The notes under the pieces were generated by a model that saw nothing but the letters and a program-made list of their open reading frames with translations, had not been told where the DNA came from and searched no databases. The position numbers were made by a program, and so were the translations under genes. A DNA stretch of 64,000 nucleotides from Zygnema circumcarinatum SAG 698-1b (Eukaryota; Plantae; Zygnematophyceae). The stretch covers positions 7,851,909 through 7,915,908 of the forward strand of contig CM074804.1 of the NCBI GenBank assembly GCA_037447605.1, read 5' to 3'. Of the stretch, positions 37,971-49,353 are shown piece after piece. Every line of letters starts with the position of its first letter. The stretch's first letter is position 1.

Positions 37971-40900
37971 CTAACAGGGAGCGGAGGCGAGGCAACGTAG
38001 CGAAGGCGGAGGGGATTTCAGCCGTAAGGTTGCAGCTGCTCAGATTCCTGCAAGCGGAGTAGTCCTATTTCAAGGCTTTTTTCTAACAACAAAAACCCTC
38101 ATGGTTTAGGCACTAGACTAGAGACATTGGGCATTTGGAAAGGTAAGTAAATAAGTGGAATGCTGAAATGGACATTACTTGTATGCAAATAAAGTTTGAG
38201 GTTCTCTGTATCCTTCATTGAGCAGCAATACGAGCATCTGCTCAAGAAGATGCGAACATAGAAACAGTCTATCCACTTGTGAGATCACATACCCATAAAG
38301 TGGCAATGTTGCAGGCTGTTCAACTCACATGTCAACAAGCCCACGAAAGCTTATGAATTTAAAAAAATTCAATGAGGTATCGTAGGCGACCCCATCGGCT
38401 CCGAATGTTTCTGGAATGGTTGAAGTGAAAGGGTTGTTGGATACGTCTCTGGAGGTCGCACACAGGTCCCAATCACGGGTTAGCTCTACAAAAACGGAAG
38501 AAATTAGAATACTTTATAATAAAAATTAGGAAACTTTCAATCATTCCATAGATGTTTCTAGCAAGACATTCAAACATGCCACTTTTCTCTCTCTCCCTCT
38601 CTCTCTCTTTTTCTCTTCTCACAGCAATGCAGATCTTAGAGATAGGGATTAAGACAGGACAAAGGGCAATTGCAATAAGTCTTCAGTTGGCTATATGCCC
38701 CTCCCGCTACAATATGCTGCTAATACAAATGAAAAGCTTCTAAACGAGTTTTTAGGGTTCAGCTTGGGATGCTCACAGGACTTGAAGGAAAGAGAAGCTT
38801 CCCAAGAATGAGGGGAGGGCATTTGTGATGTTGTTGCTGCCCAAATACCTGCACCCAAGATTTAAGCCGAAATTTTTAAGCGAGTCCTCGACAGCATTTT
38901 ACATACACCAGCTGTTCAGTTTTAGTACTTTTCCCTCATTTTGCAGAAAAATAGCCATAGGCTGCTTTCTGGATGGTCTCTCGTGTGATTGGACAAGTTC
39001 AAATGTTGAAGACAGAAGATCAACAACATTCAACAGATCTGCAGACAATCACCCTCACCAAAGTCCCTGCATCCCACTTGTTTTACAGTTACATGCGCAC
39101 TAGATATATGCCCATAACTAACGAAAAGTCACAATCTTTGGCCAAGCTCTCCAAACTTTCGCCATGAGTATGGAGAAGGCAACTTTGCATGAGGGTACGA
39201 ACAGTTACGCCCTGAAGCCAAGAACATAGTAGTAATACAGAAAAGGGTGTATCGGGATAAATCGATGCTCTTCCCTATATTGTTTGAGTGAGTTTGTTTC
39301 AAGGGAAACATCTCGATAGGCAAGACTAACACTCACAGTTCTTGAAGCCACGTCAGCTGCTTGATCGCACGTGGCACAGCAGTCAGTCGATTATTTGAAA
39401 GATCCCTGGGAAGCAAAAAGTTGAACATTGATGAATGTCAGTTCTAATGCTGCATTTCAAGTTCTCACGATGCCATCCCAAGAGAGAAAGGAACAAACTA
39501 CGTCAATGTTCTCAATCTATTTTGCTTGAATAGGGATGACCTTACAAGATTTCAAGACGAGTGAAGTTCGAATAACTGTCAGGCAGACTCTTTATCCGAT
39601 TATTGCGTAGCTTCCTGCAAAAAACCCACTAAACTACTGATCAGCTGCGTATGAGTTTTAATATTAGCATTCTCAACTTTGCTGGTTATGCAATACTGCA
39701 AGTGCGAACTAGACTGCTTCTGAAAATGTTATTTTCGTGCTTTTATTAACACTTTAACATATGGCGAGCCCGATGCCAGTCCATTCATCCAGATGTGCAT
39801 TTTAAGCTTCATTTTCTGTCCGCAGAATGTCCGCTTATTTGTCCAAAGGAAGGGTTCTGAAAGGAGGGAGGCTCACAGTGATTTTAGGGTTGGCACAAGG
39901 TCAGTAACGGTAGGCAGTCCAGTGAGACGATTATTTTCGAGATTCCTGCATGTGCATGCAGGGGACGTTCTGAGATTCAAAAGTGGATATCTCACCCTTG
40001 TGTATGCATTCATCTCCTCCGGTCATTTCTTCATGGGAAAAGGTACAACCAGATATGGGTGATGTCTGCTATTACATGTTCAGCTCGTAGATTTAAACCT
40101 CAAGTGAGGGACTCATTAGAGATTCATGTACTTATCATTAAGCGTTTGAAGCTGAAGACATGATCATAAGCAAAGGCATCCAAAACTTGGCAGATGCTAT
40201 TTAGGTTTCGCTTTGCCCGACAAAATGCAACAACAGCAATATCGAGAGGGCGGAATACGTCTTTTAGGGTGGATGACAGAAACATATGAAGATATCATTA
40301 AGCCTGATGATGTGATATGAGCATATTCCTGTCCATACAAGGATAAGTGCATAATTGAAGACAAGGCTCCAATTTTTTTGTATAGAGCTCCATATGCATG
40401 GTCTCTATACGCCTAGAACAACACAACCGTGAGATAGATCCTTCTTCTATATTTGACATGCAATCCTTCAGTCAGCCTATCTTTTCAGGAGATGTTTAGC
40501 ACTCCACCATACAGTCCCTTATGATCTTATGGTACTTCTCGTAACAGCAGTATTTTGAAATCGTTTCTGTGATTCACAATGTGCCCGCTTGACTGCAAGC
40601 ATATACAAGTTTGAACTTTTCCAAAGGGTATTGCACACAAGAAGAAGGGGCAGAAACGTTCACATCTTTCGGGTTAGAGGTTGTTATCTTCCTTACTATG
40701 GCAGCACACTTTCCAGCTGGTATGCAATGATGGAAGGGGGCCCAATGGCCTTCAGACAAGCTCCTTGATGCTTTCCTTTCTTCCCATGTCTCTCTAATAG
40801 GCCCAACTTATTCAGGAAATGCGACTTCTTGAGAGTCTGATATGAGATCATTTCTCAAGCGTAAGATCTGGTCAGCCTGTTTTTAGGGTTGTGAACAGGA

Positions 40901-43900
40901 AGAAGAACGAAGAAGGAAAGGAAAGAAAGAAAGAAAGAAAGAAGAAGAAGAAGGAAGGGAAGGGAAGGGCTGGCAACTGACAATTCTGCCAGCACTCCCG
41001 CCAATAGAACGTCAGAGGATATACTTTGCAGAGCGTTGAAGCTAAGGTCCCTGAAGCAGACAGACCATCAACAAACACACGAGTCAAAACTTGAACATCA
41101 ACAACACCCACTTGCTGACTTTCTGACTGTGATAGGGCCCACGATTGGGATATTTTCCTCTTTGACTCACAGAATTTTCAGTGAAATAGTAGTTCCAAAA
41201 GTGACTGCCCCGAGTTCGGTGAAAGAATTATGACTCAGATTCCTGCGATCACAATCGAGAGAAACAAATCGTGAAAGACTTCATTCCAAGTTGGAGCAAA
41301 AAACTCAGGTTTGCGGTGCATTATTGGTTTGCAGGCCTTCTATTTCAGGACATAAAAGCAAACTCAGAATCAGAAGTGACACAGGAAAACACAAACTAGA
41401 TACTTTCTTGTCCAAACCAAAAGAAACATGGTACTCATGGAGCTGGCTTCTTCTCCAGATTGCCAGTCGGACTACACTCTTGGAGCTGTACTGAAAAGCC
41501 TCTTAGAGATATGTATGTACATCACAATCAGACAAAGTCACAAGATGTGGTAGAAATCGGCCCACTTACAGCGAGACAATTTGAATAGAGCTGACCAACG
41601 GACTAGGAATAAGTCCCACTAGTTGGTTCGAAGCCAATGACCTGCTTCCAAGACATAGCAAACCCATGAATTATGCATCCCAGTAACAGATAGGAAGAGA
41701 TAAGCTTAGTCTGCACCATATCTCAACTATGTATACGAGTATCAACACATGGAAGTCCAAAACTCTCACACTTCGATCAAAGCCGGCGAGGCAGCGTCCA
41801 CAGACAGGCTGCCCGTGAACTGATTGTTGTCGAGAAACCTGCAGAATGTGAGCCCAGATTCACATCATATTTCAATAATTAAAAGGGGGCCATCATGAAA
41901 TCTCGTAGAGCTGCATTGTTGCAAAAAGCACGTTCGAAACCCTAAAAGCCCAAAAATGCATTTCGACTGAATTCCCACTGAGAAGTTTCCTGAAAGCACT
42001 TTAGTAACCCCAACGTCACTCGTGGTAGCAAGTATTCAAAATATGAAGACTCTGCACAATTCAAGTCCGCTGTGGTATAAAACTGCAACTCAGGTTAACC
42101 TGAGCCCTACGCAATCGGTCGGAATCGACAAAAGGAAACTGCAAAGGTCCACCCTACTGACTATAGTTGTGAAAAGTTTCCGTTGCTTCATCGCACAACT
42201 CATCACCGTGTTCATAACTTCCTGATCTGTTCAATTTCTTTTGTCCCACTAAGCTCCATAACCGCTTTCAGCATGCATTCGTGGGCCAACGTCTTTTTTC
42301 TCAACCTTAGATTCAGAATGCTGTGAGAGGTTCACAGTATCATCAGGTGATGGTGACATTATGCGATCAAGCCATGATTGTTTTTGGGCAGAATTGAGAA
42401 ATATTGTACATGCAATTTGACATGCTCTGGACATGAAGAAAGGTCGGCACAACTCACAGTTGCTCTAGGAACGATATTCCCCATATGCTCGATGGGATGG
42501 AGCCATTCAGCCTGTTGGAACTAAGGATGCTGAAACCCCTCACACCTCAAATAAAAGCAAAGGACTTACTTACAAAGTTGTAAAAAAAGTAAAAGCAATG
42601 GTTATTTCGTATATGAGAATTCATAAGTCGATTTAAATTCACAGAATCTCTAAGAATAAGCTACAAAAGGATGCTTAGATGTTCAGGAAGCTTACAGTGA
42701 CTTAAGACGGAGGGTGCCATTAACATTTGGAAGCAAGCCCGTTAAGTTGTTGGAACTCAAATCCCTGAAGAGAGGAAGTCAGGGGTTCAGGGATATCTTT
42801 CAGCTGAAACCTTTCGAAATGGGGTCTTTTCAGGGTTGGGCCTAGAAACCCTAAAAATCGTGAAGCTTAACTTTACACACAAGATACTACCTTACTTGCT
42901 TCCATAAATTCATCAAGCGTTAGTAAGCAGAATATGAAACCAGCACTTGCTTTCTCTTCAGCATACTTCACACAAAAAAAAAAAAATTGTTCAACACATT
43001 CTAGTTGACTAGCTGGCTAGTTAGGAGATGGCTATTCTTCACTCCATGCACGTATGAAAAGTGACTATTCGGGTGGACCATACAGTGTGGTTAAGCCCTT
43101 CATGGAAAAAATTGTTGCAGGAATCGTCCCCTCCAAATTGCAATAGCTACAACTCCTGCTCCAAACATGCGAAGGCGAAGAAAAGGAGTAGAAATTAATC
43201 TCAACAAGAAGCAGCAATGCACTGTTACCACCTAGTCAACGAGCTTACACTCGTCCCTGTCGAGCAGAAGAGCCCTCTCCCTCTCTCTTCCTCTCCCTCT
43301 CCCTCTCCCTCTCCCTCTCCCACCCATCCCCGTACATGTCTCCGTACGGAATCCATACATAATGCCCATGCATCCATGCATGCATGCATGCAGTGCTTTT
43401 GGTGCGTACAGTGCCTGCAGCTGCGAGTAAGTCGCCGCCGCGGCGGGAAAGGGCCCTCCGCTGAACGCGTTCTCGGATAGGGTCCTGCCAAGTCAAGCCA
43501 AGTCAACACGAGTCAAGCCAAGTCAACATGAGTCAAGCCCACCGGCTAAGGCAGGCCTGGTCAAGTCAAGCCAAGTCAACGCGAGTCAAGCCCACCGGCT
43601 AAGGCAGGCCTGGTCAAGTCAAGCTAAGTCAATGCAAGCCAGTCAAATCAACATAACACATAAAGTCTTTGAAGAGGGGAGGTACGGAAATGGTGGACAT
43701 CTCACAGCTCTTGAAGGTTCTGAAACTCTCCAAGAAAGGCGTCGATGGGTCCGATAAAACTATTCATCGACAAATCCCTGCGAGGAAAACAAGTCACCTG
43801 TTAAAGTTCCATGAATCGAGATAGAGAGGTTGCGGTTTGGTACTTAGGGTGTGCCTTTGGCCGTAATAGGATTCGACCATAAAGAAGCGCTGCTTCATTC

Positions 43901-44928
43901 TGACTCCTGGACGGTACTGTTCCCACAAAAGCAAAGCAATGCGGTGCCATAGTTTCGGCAAATATTGGGCGAAAATATTGGAATTGGAAAACATAAGGGT
44001 GTCCGTGTTAACAATAGGCGGGCGGTATTATGTTAGAGTTGCTGTTTGTCCGTACGTATCGTGACGTATCGTGTCGTATCGTATCGAAGCCAAGAAGAAG
44101 AGGAGTGCGAGCGCCTCTTACGGCGGCACGTGCGGGAAGATTCGGTGAGTTTTGCTTAAGACCGTAACGGCTAGTACAGCTAGTACGGATAGTACGACTA
44201 GTACGGATAAGACAGATTTACCGTACAAAAAGTGATTTCAGCAAAATCAGGGTGAATATATTGGGTAACGAAAATATTAGGGTGGAAAATATTAGGGAGG
44301 GGTATGTACTCACAAGATGAGCAACTTTGCCAAGCTCTTGAGTGAAGGTGGAACAGTTCCCGAGAAATTGCACAAATGAAGGTCTCTGAACGTCCATTCA
44401 CGACCATAGGACAAAAAAAGCAAAGTGAAGGTTCTCCGAATCCAACATATTACAAAGATCTGCATGCAAATATGACAGTTCCAACAGCCACAAAATAGGT
44501 TCCATACCTACAAAAACACAATGCCCCCTCCTAAGGAAATCCAATACAACCCCCAAACCCCCCCCCTTCCCTTCAATCTGACAGTTATGACTGAACTTGC
44601 TTACAGGAGTTGCAGGTTGACAAGATTGCCAATTTCCAATGGTATTGAGCCACTTAGTGCGCTCACCATAACGTCATTCTCAATCGCATAATTCTCACTC
44701 AAATCCCTGCATGCAAACTCCCCCCCCACAATGGCCTAAGCTTGAACGGATGGGCTTGAAATTGTGGCTGCTTGCTTTCCCTTTCGAGCGGAGTTGCCTG
44801 CTCGAATGTAACTCTCCAAGAGTGGCCAGTGTTTTGTTGCTAACTTCAACAAGGACATGCTTTTGGAAATGCTTTTAGTGTTTCAAAGTCTTTGAGGTGT
44901 TTAGCATTCCATGCGTCGACAGCACGTG

Positions 44929-44982
<54 letters not shown>

Positions 44983-46639
44983 AAGCGACTCACAAGCTCT
45001 CCAGCCGAGTCAAGTTGGCGATGCTCTGCGGAACTTCGCCTTTGAGTGCGTTCATCCCCAGGTCACTGCAGATTGGTCCGAGCAATAACAGCACGAAAAT
45101 ATTTTTCAAATAAAATGAGTAGCAATCCGTCCCTAAATGTATGACTAAAGTGTAAGCACAAAGTTACCGCTAGTCGTCAAGCATCGAACTGGAATTGGCT
45201 TTCTCTTTTTCAAATTCTTGCCATTGCATTCACATTGCAGAAAGGGAATTCAGGTAAACGAGAGATTGTACACGTACAGAATTTTCAAGTTGAATAAATT
45301 GCCAATATTGGTTGGAATTGTGCCTGTAAGACTATTTCCATGAAACGACCTGCGACAGGCGAGCCAAATGCAGGTGATGCATAGATAAGCATCCCTGCAG
45401 AACAATTTCTGACAAACTTCAACGGCTCAGAAGTGAAGAAAAAAGTTTGAATGGAACCTATAGCCTCCTCATGTGCACAGATCCGTCAAATACGTTCTTA
45501 ATGGAAATAGAATGTTCCACTTACAAGATTTGCAGACTTGTAAGCAAGGTGATCCTGGGAGAAATCGTTCCATTTAGTAAGTTTTTAAAGTTCTGAGTTT
45601 CATCGATTTCATAACCGTATGCGTATCCATAATCACCTGCTGGAATAGTGCTCAGAACTAACACAGTCCCGTTTGGATGGGTGACATTGTATGGTGTCAC
45701 AGCCCTGCAAGAGGTGTGAACCACACCGATCAGAACAGAATCCTCACAATTCTCAGTCCTTGTATGCCGCTCACGTCAGCTGTTCAAAGGAACGGCCCAA
45801 ATCACTATAGAAAATAATTTTTCGGTGACCTTTAGAAGTCAAAGGGCAAAGGCAGCGTCCCATATGACTGAACCCCCCCTTCGTAGGGAGTGTACAGGAA
45901 TTGTACGGACGGAGGGCTGCCGACTCTCATGTCGTGACATCGAATGTGGAATAATGAAAGATATCACTGAAGGGGCCCTTGTTTGAAAAATTATCTTCTT
46001 GGAAAGACCATGAGTGCAACAAATGACATGTGTCTCCCTGATAAGCAGTCTTAATTCATTAAAAAAAAATCCTGCTTCCCTACACTTCAAGGATACATGC
46101 TAAAAAGTGCTTGCTCCATTTTGACTCCATTTCGGCAAACCATGAGTTCACAATCGGTTTATGAGATTATACTTGTGACGATCACCAATCGTAACACAAA
46201 AATGCAGAATGTGTGGGTTTTTAGTTCAAACACATCTGCCTCTAATGGCTTTAGGTTATGTATTGACGGCCAAGTAACTCAACAACCAAGAACCGACATG
46301 ACTTGGAACCAAAAATTCGTGCACTTGACTTGACTCGGCTCCTCCTTTTACCCCGAAGGGGGCACTCTTCATGAGTTCACCATATACTATGGTGTCGCTC
46401 ACAAGGTAATGATGTTGCCATTTTCGTCGCACTGCACGCCCACCCAGTCGTTGCAGTCAACGTCGGCGGTCCACGAAGCAAGGAGAGAGCTGTTCACGGG
46501 CTGCAGCTGAGCGGCAACCTCCCGCAAAATGGCTGCACGCGGACCCGTCCTCTATCTCAATGAATGTCTCAAAAGTGCCGAAAGGTGGGAAGTATGGAGG
46601 TAAGCGAAAGAGAGAAGAGATCAGAGAGGCGCGAGGCGG

Positions 46640-46675
<36 letters not shown>

Positions 46676-46807
46676 GGGATCGGGGGGGACAGGCGCACCT
46701 GCTTGATCGCCACGCATAGGTGCAGCGGCCGCTAGCCAGCAGCCGCACGCCGCCATGGCCGCCGCCACCAGCCATGCCCTGCGCGCCCCCAAGCCCCCCT
46801 CCGTCAT
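33828..46807 (-). CDS. Leucine-rich-repeat receptor-like kinase (RD kinase): signal peptide, N-cap, 21 LRR exons, TM segment, kinase domain
   Basis: Signal exon 46807-46699. N-cap exon 46532-46403 ([20 protein letters not shown]). LRR exons start at ~45704, 45349, 45066, 44706, 44385, 43777, 43156, 42764, 42530, 41838, 41641, 41242, 39945, 39614, 39405, 38848, 38448, 38047, 37743, 37387 and 36997. C-cap YAGNPGL at ~36790. [22 protein letters not shown] at ~36370. Kinase motifs: [79 protein letters not shown]. Stop at 33828. Confidence 0.93.
34345..34436. repeat. (TCTA)n / GATA microsatellite in the last kinase intron
   Basis: Tetranucleotide repeat seen directly. Confidence 0.95.
43487..43652. 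repeat. (CAAGT/CAAGC) pentamer-based repeat with a ~53-bp higher-order duplication, in an LRR-RLK intron
   Basis: gccaagtcaa units; gagtcaagcccaccggctaaggcaggcctggtcaagtcaagc occurs twice. Confidence 0.85.
43946..44306. mobile_element. Partial relative of the 12942-13362 MITE (one TIR lost), in an LRR-RLK intron
   Basis: 43946-44085 aligns with the reverse complement of ~13211-13339. 44218-44306 aligns with the reverse complement of ~12942-13030 and ends GGTGGAAAATATTAGGGAGGGGTATG followed by TA at 44307-44308. The central part differs between the copies. Confidence 0.8.
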
Positions 46808-47279
46808 GCGCCCTGCCCCTGTTCCCATGCCCCTCCCTCCCCTACCATGCCCCCTCATGGGCCCATGCATGCATGCGAAGAAGGCAGCCTCATCCCCATC
46901 CCCATCCTCACCTTGCCGCCATGGCGCCCCCCCCCCAGTGGCTGCCCCCAACTCTAACCCTAATGGGGCGACCTCGCCCAGCCCCTGCCCGCCCACGTCA
47001 GCTTGCGTCAGCGGGCCTTGACCTCTCGCCCTCCCGCGCTTGTCGCGTTGCGTCCCTAGAGGACAACGGACTTGGACCTTTCCGTACGGCAGCACGCGAC
47101 GCCCCCATCTCGCGCGTGCGAATGGTACGGCACGGTACGCTGACCCCATGTGCATGCATGGCGACGCGCTATGACATGGTGGCTATGATGGATGATGCTG
47201 ACGGCTGGGGCCGGCCGGCTCCGCGTGGTTCCGCAGGGTGTTGAAGGCAACCAATAATCGCAATCATGAGCAGTGGGCG

Positions 47280-47392
47280 CTGAGGTCGGCAGGAGGTCGG
47301 TGGCATGTCGGTGGCAGGTCGGTGGCAGGTCGGTGGTAGGTCGGTGAGAGGTCGGCGGGTGGTGTGTCGGCGGGTGGTGTGTCGGCGGGTGG
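47280..47392. repeat. Short GC-rich minisatellite (11-bp GGTCGGTGGCA units, then 15-bp TCGGCGGGTGGTGTG units)
   Basis: Tandem repeats seen upstream of the LRR-RLK. Confidence 0.8.
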
Positions 47393-47457
47393 GGACGGTC
47401 CCTGGCTGCCGGCATCGAACCGTACGCGGCCCTTGACCTTGGTTTACCCCGTCAGTA

Positions 47458-47614
47458 GGGGGTGTCAGACTTAACAAAATCTTACGAAAAGCGTTACGAA
47501 AAAAAAGGTTACGAAAGTACTCCGACGCAGGAGGATCGCTATGATACTGGAGTACTCGTTCTGATGTCAAACTTACGAACACGCGTACTGAAATTTTTTA
47601 AGTCTGACACCCCC
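47458..47614. mobile_element. 157-bp MITE with a 17-bp perfect TIR and TA TSD
   Basis: TA|GGGGGTGTCAGACTTAA ... TTAAGTCTGACACCCCC|TA, with internal TTACGAA repeats. Confidence 0.85.
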
Positions 47615-48005
47615 TAGTGAGGGGGGACGACGGTAAAGTACTCAGCGCAAGGGACGAAGGCGACGTGGCGGTGGTGGTCGGTCGGTCTCCGGCACGATCT
47701 ATCCATCGATCGATCCATCGATCGATCTAGGATCCAGGGCGGGGCAGTGGCAGCAATGGTCGAGCTCCCCAGTTCTAGGCGTGGTTCTACGGTAAGATGG
47801 TTTCAAGCGCGGTGCCCGCCCGCGCCACACAGACGTCCTCGTTGTGTGTGTTTGTGCGTTCACACGCACCAATTGTCTGCCCGGCCACGTTCCGTTTTGC
47901 GATGATGGCAGATGGCGGCCCGAACCTGTTCACACTATGCGCGTCCTGACAATCTGCCAACCAAGCACCTGCAGCCGTTGGCCCATGACCTGATCGGGTA
48001 TGCAA

Positions 48006-48275
48006 TTGCCATTCTAGTGCCAATGGTTGGCTAATCCGCCCATCACCATTGGCAATGATTTTTAACCATTGGAAATAGATCAAAGCATAGGGAGTGGTTG
48101 GCAACCCTTGAATCCAACTGTTGGAACCATAGGCAATGGTTGGCTAGGCCGCCAGCTAATGGTTGCAGCCATTGGCAATGATTGACTGAGTTCGTAAATC
48201 AAGTTGGTTGCTATTGGCAGTCGTTGGTTGGGTGCCAACCAATGGTTAGCAACTATTTCAATGATTGATCCAATA
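48006..48275 (-). repeat. Second, inverted and more degenerate copy of the CCATTG/CCAATG repeat family
   Basis: CTAATGGTTGCAGCCATTGGCAATGA at ~48156 is close to the reverse complement of the 20164 unit. Further partial units lie at ~48020, 48045, 48133 and 48239. Confidence 0.65.
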
Positions 48276-49353
48276 GTCCAACCTCTGTCATGCTGTAATC
48301 GATGACTACAACGAAAAAAAAAGGCTTCCGGTACACTGCCCCAACCTGGTTATTGCGCCACCTGACTATCTAACTCCGTCAACTATTGTTCATGCATGCT
48401 CGCAAGTTCGCCCCCCACACTGGCCCCAACTTTCTCGAGGTCCCACGACATTTGTTGACGCAGCGTTTTCGCAAGTTCCTTTGGGCCAGTCAATCAATGT
48501 CGGCGGCCCAACTTGCAACGACCACCCCCCCCCCGGTTCAAACCAAACCGCCCGCATTTCAAAAAGCGCGTGCCACTGACCCGGATCAAAACGAACGGTC
48601 CCGATGCGCCCCCCTCCACCCTGCACTAAATCGACGGCCACGGTCGCCCCGTTGCTCTGCCCTCTCGCGGCAACGGCTCTGTCGCCCGGAGGTTTGGGGG
48701 ACCGTACATGCTCGTACCTGTCCGTACGGTCCCTGGTCGACCTGCCGCGGAGACCGCGCCACGCGGCGGCTTGTGAGGCGTCGTTGACGCTTTTGGGAAG
48801 TGCCGATTTTTTTTGTCGGGTTGACCATGACCGCAGGTTTTTTATGTGCTGCCCGTTTATCTGATAATTTCGAAATATGGATAGAAAATAGTTTAATTGT
48901 GAAATAGGCGAATTACATTGGTGATCAAAATTCGAAATTCTCTGAATGTAGTTTTTTGACCAATGGGCGAAACGGAAACTTTTCGGGCAGCCGCGTCCGC
49001 AAACTAGGAAAAAACCTGAAAGTGCAAATTTTCCTGAAAGTTCACCAAAGTTTTCTGACAGTCAGGTTTTTTTTAGCAGTGGAACGCAGGCAGCAGGAGG
49101 CAGAGGGCTGATTGCTGGAGGAGAGGGAGAGATCCCACCCACTTCCTCTCCCTCTACGGTGGGAGAGAGCGCCATGCCCTCCCTTTCTCCTTGTCACTCT
49201 CCGTCTTCCCTCTCCTTCCCTCCTTCCTCTCCTTCCCCTTCCCCTTCTCCCCCCTCTCCCTCACCCTCCCCATTTCTCTCTACCTCTCCCCTCCCTTAGT
49301 TTCCCCTCTCCCTTCCTCCCTCCCTTCCCTCTCCTGTTGATCAGTATTCCCCC

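Noticed and set aside
39946-41169. Hidden LRR exon or nested gene in the longest LRR intron (e.g. ORF 40574-40759)
   Set aside because: No LxxLxLxxN pattern with flanking AG/GT was found, and the ORF has no recognisable motif.
33828-46807. Assigning the LRR-RLK a named orthologue (ERECTA, PSKR, BRI1)
   Set aside because: It shares only architectural traits; the kinase sequence does not match those subfamilies as recalled, and a phylogeny is needed.
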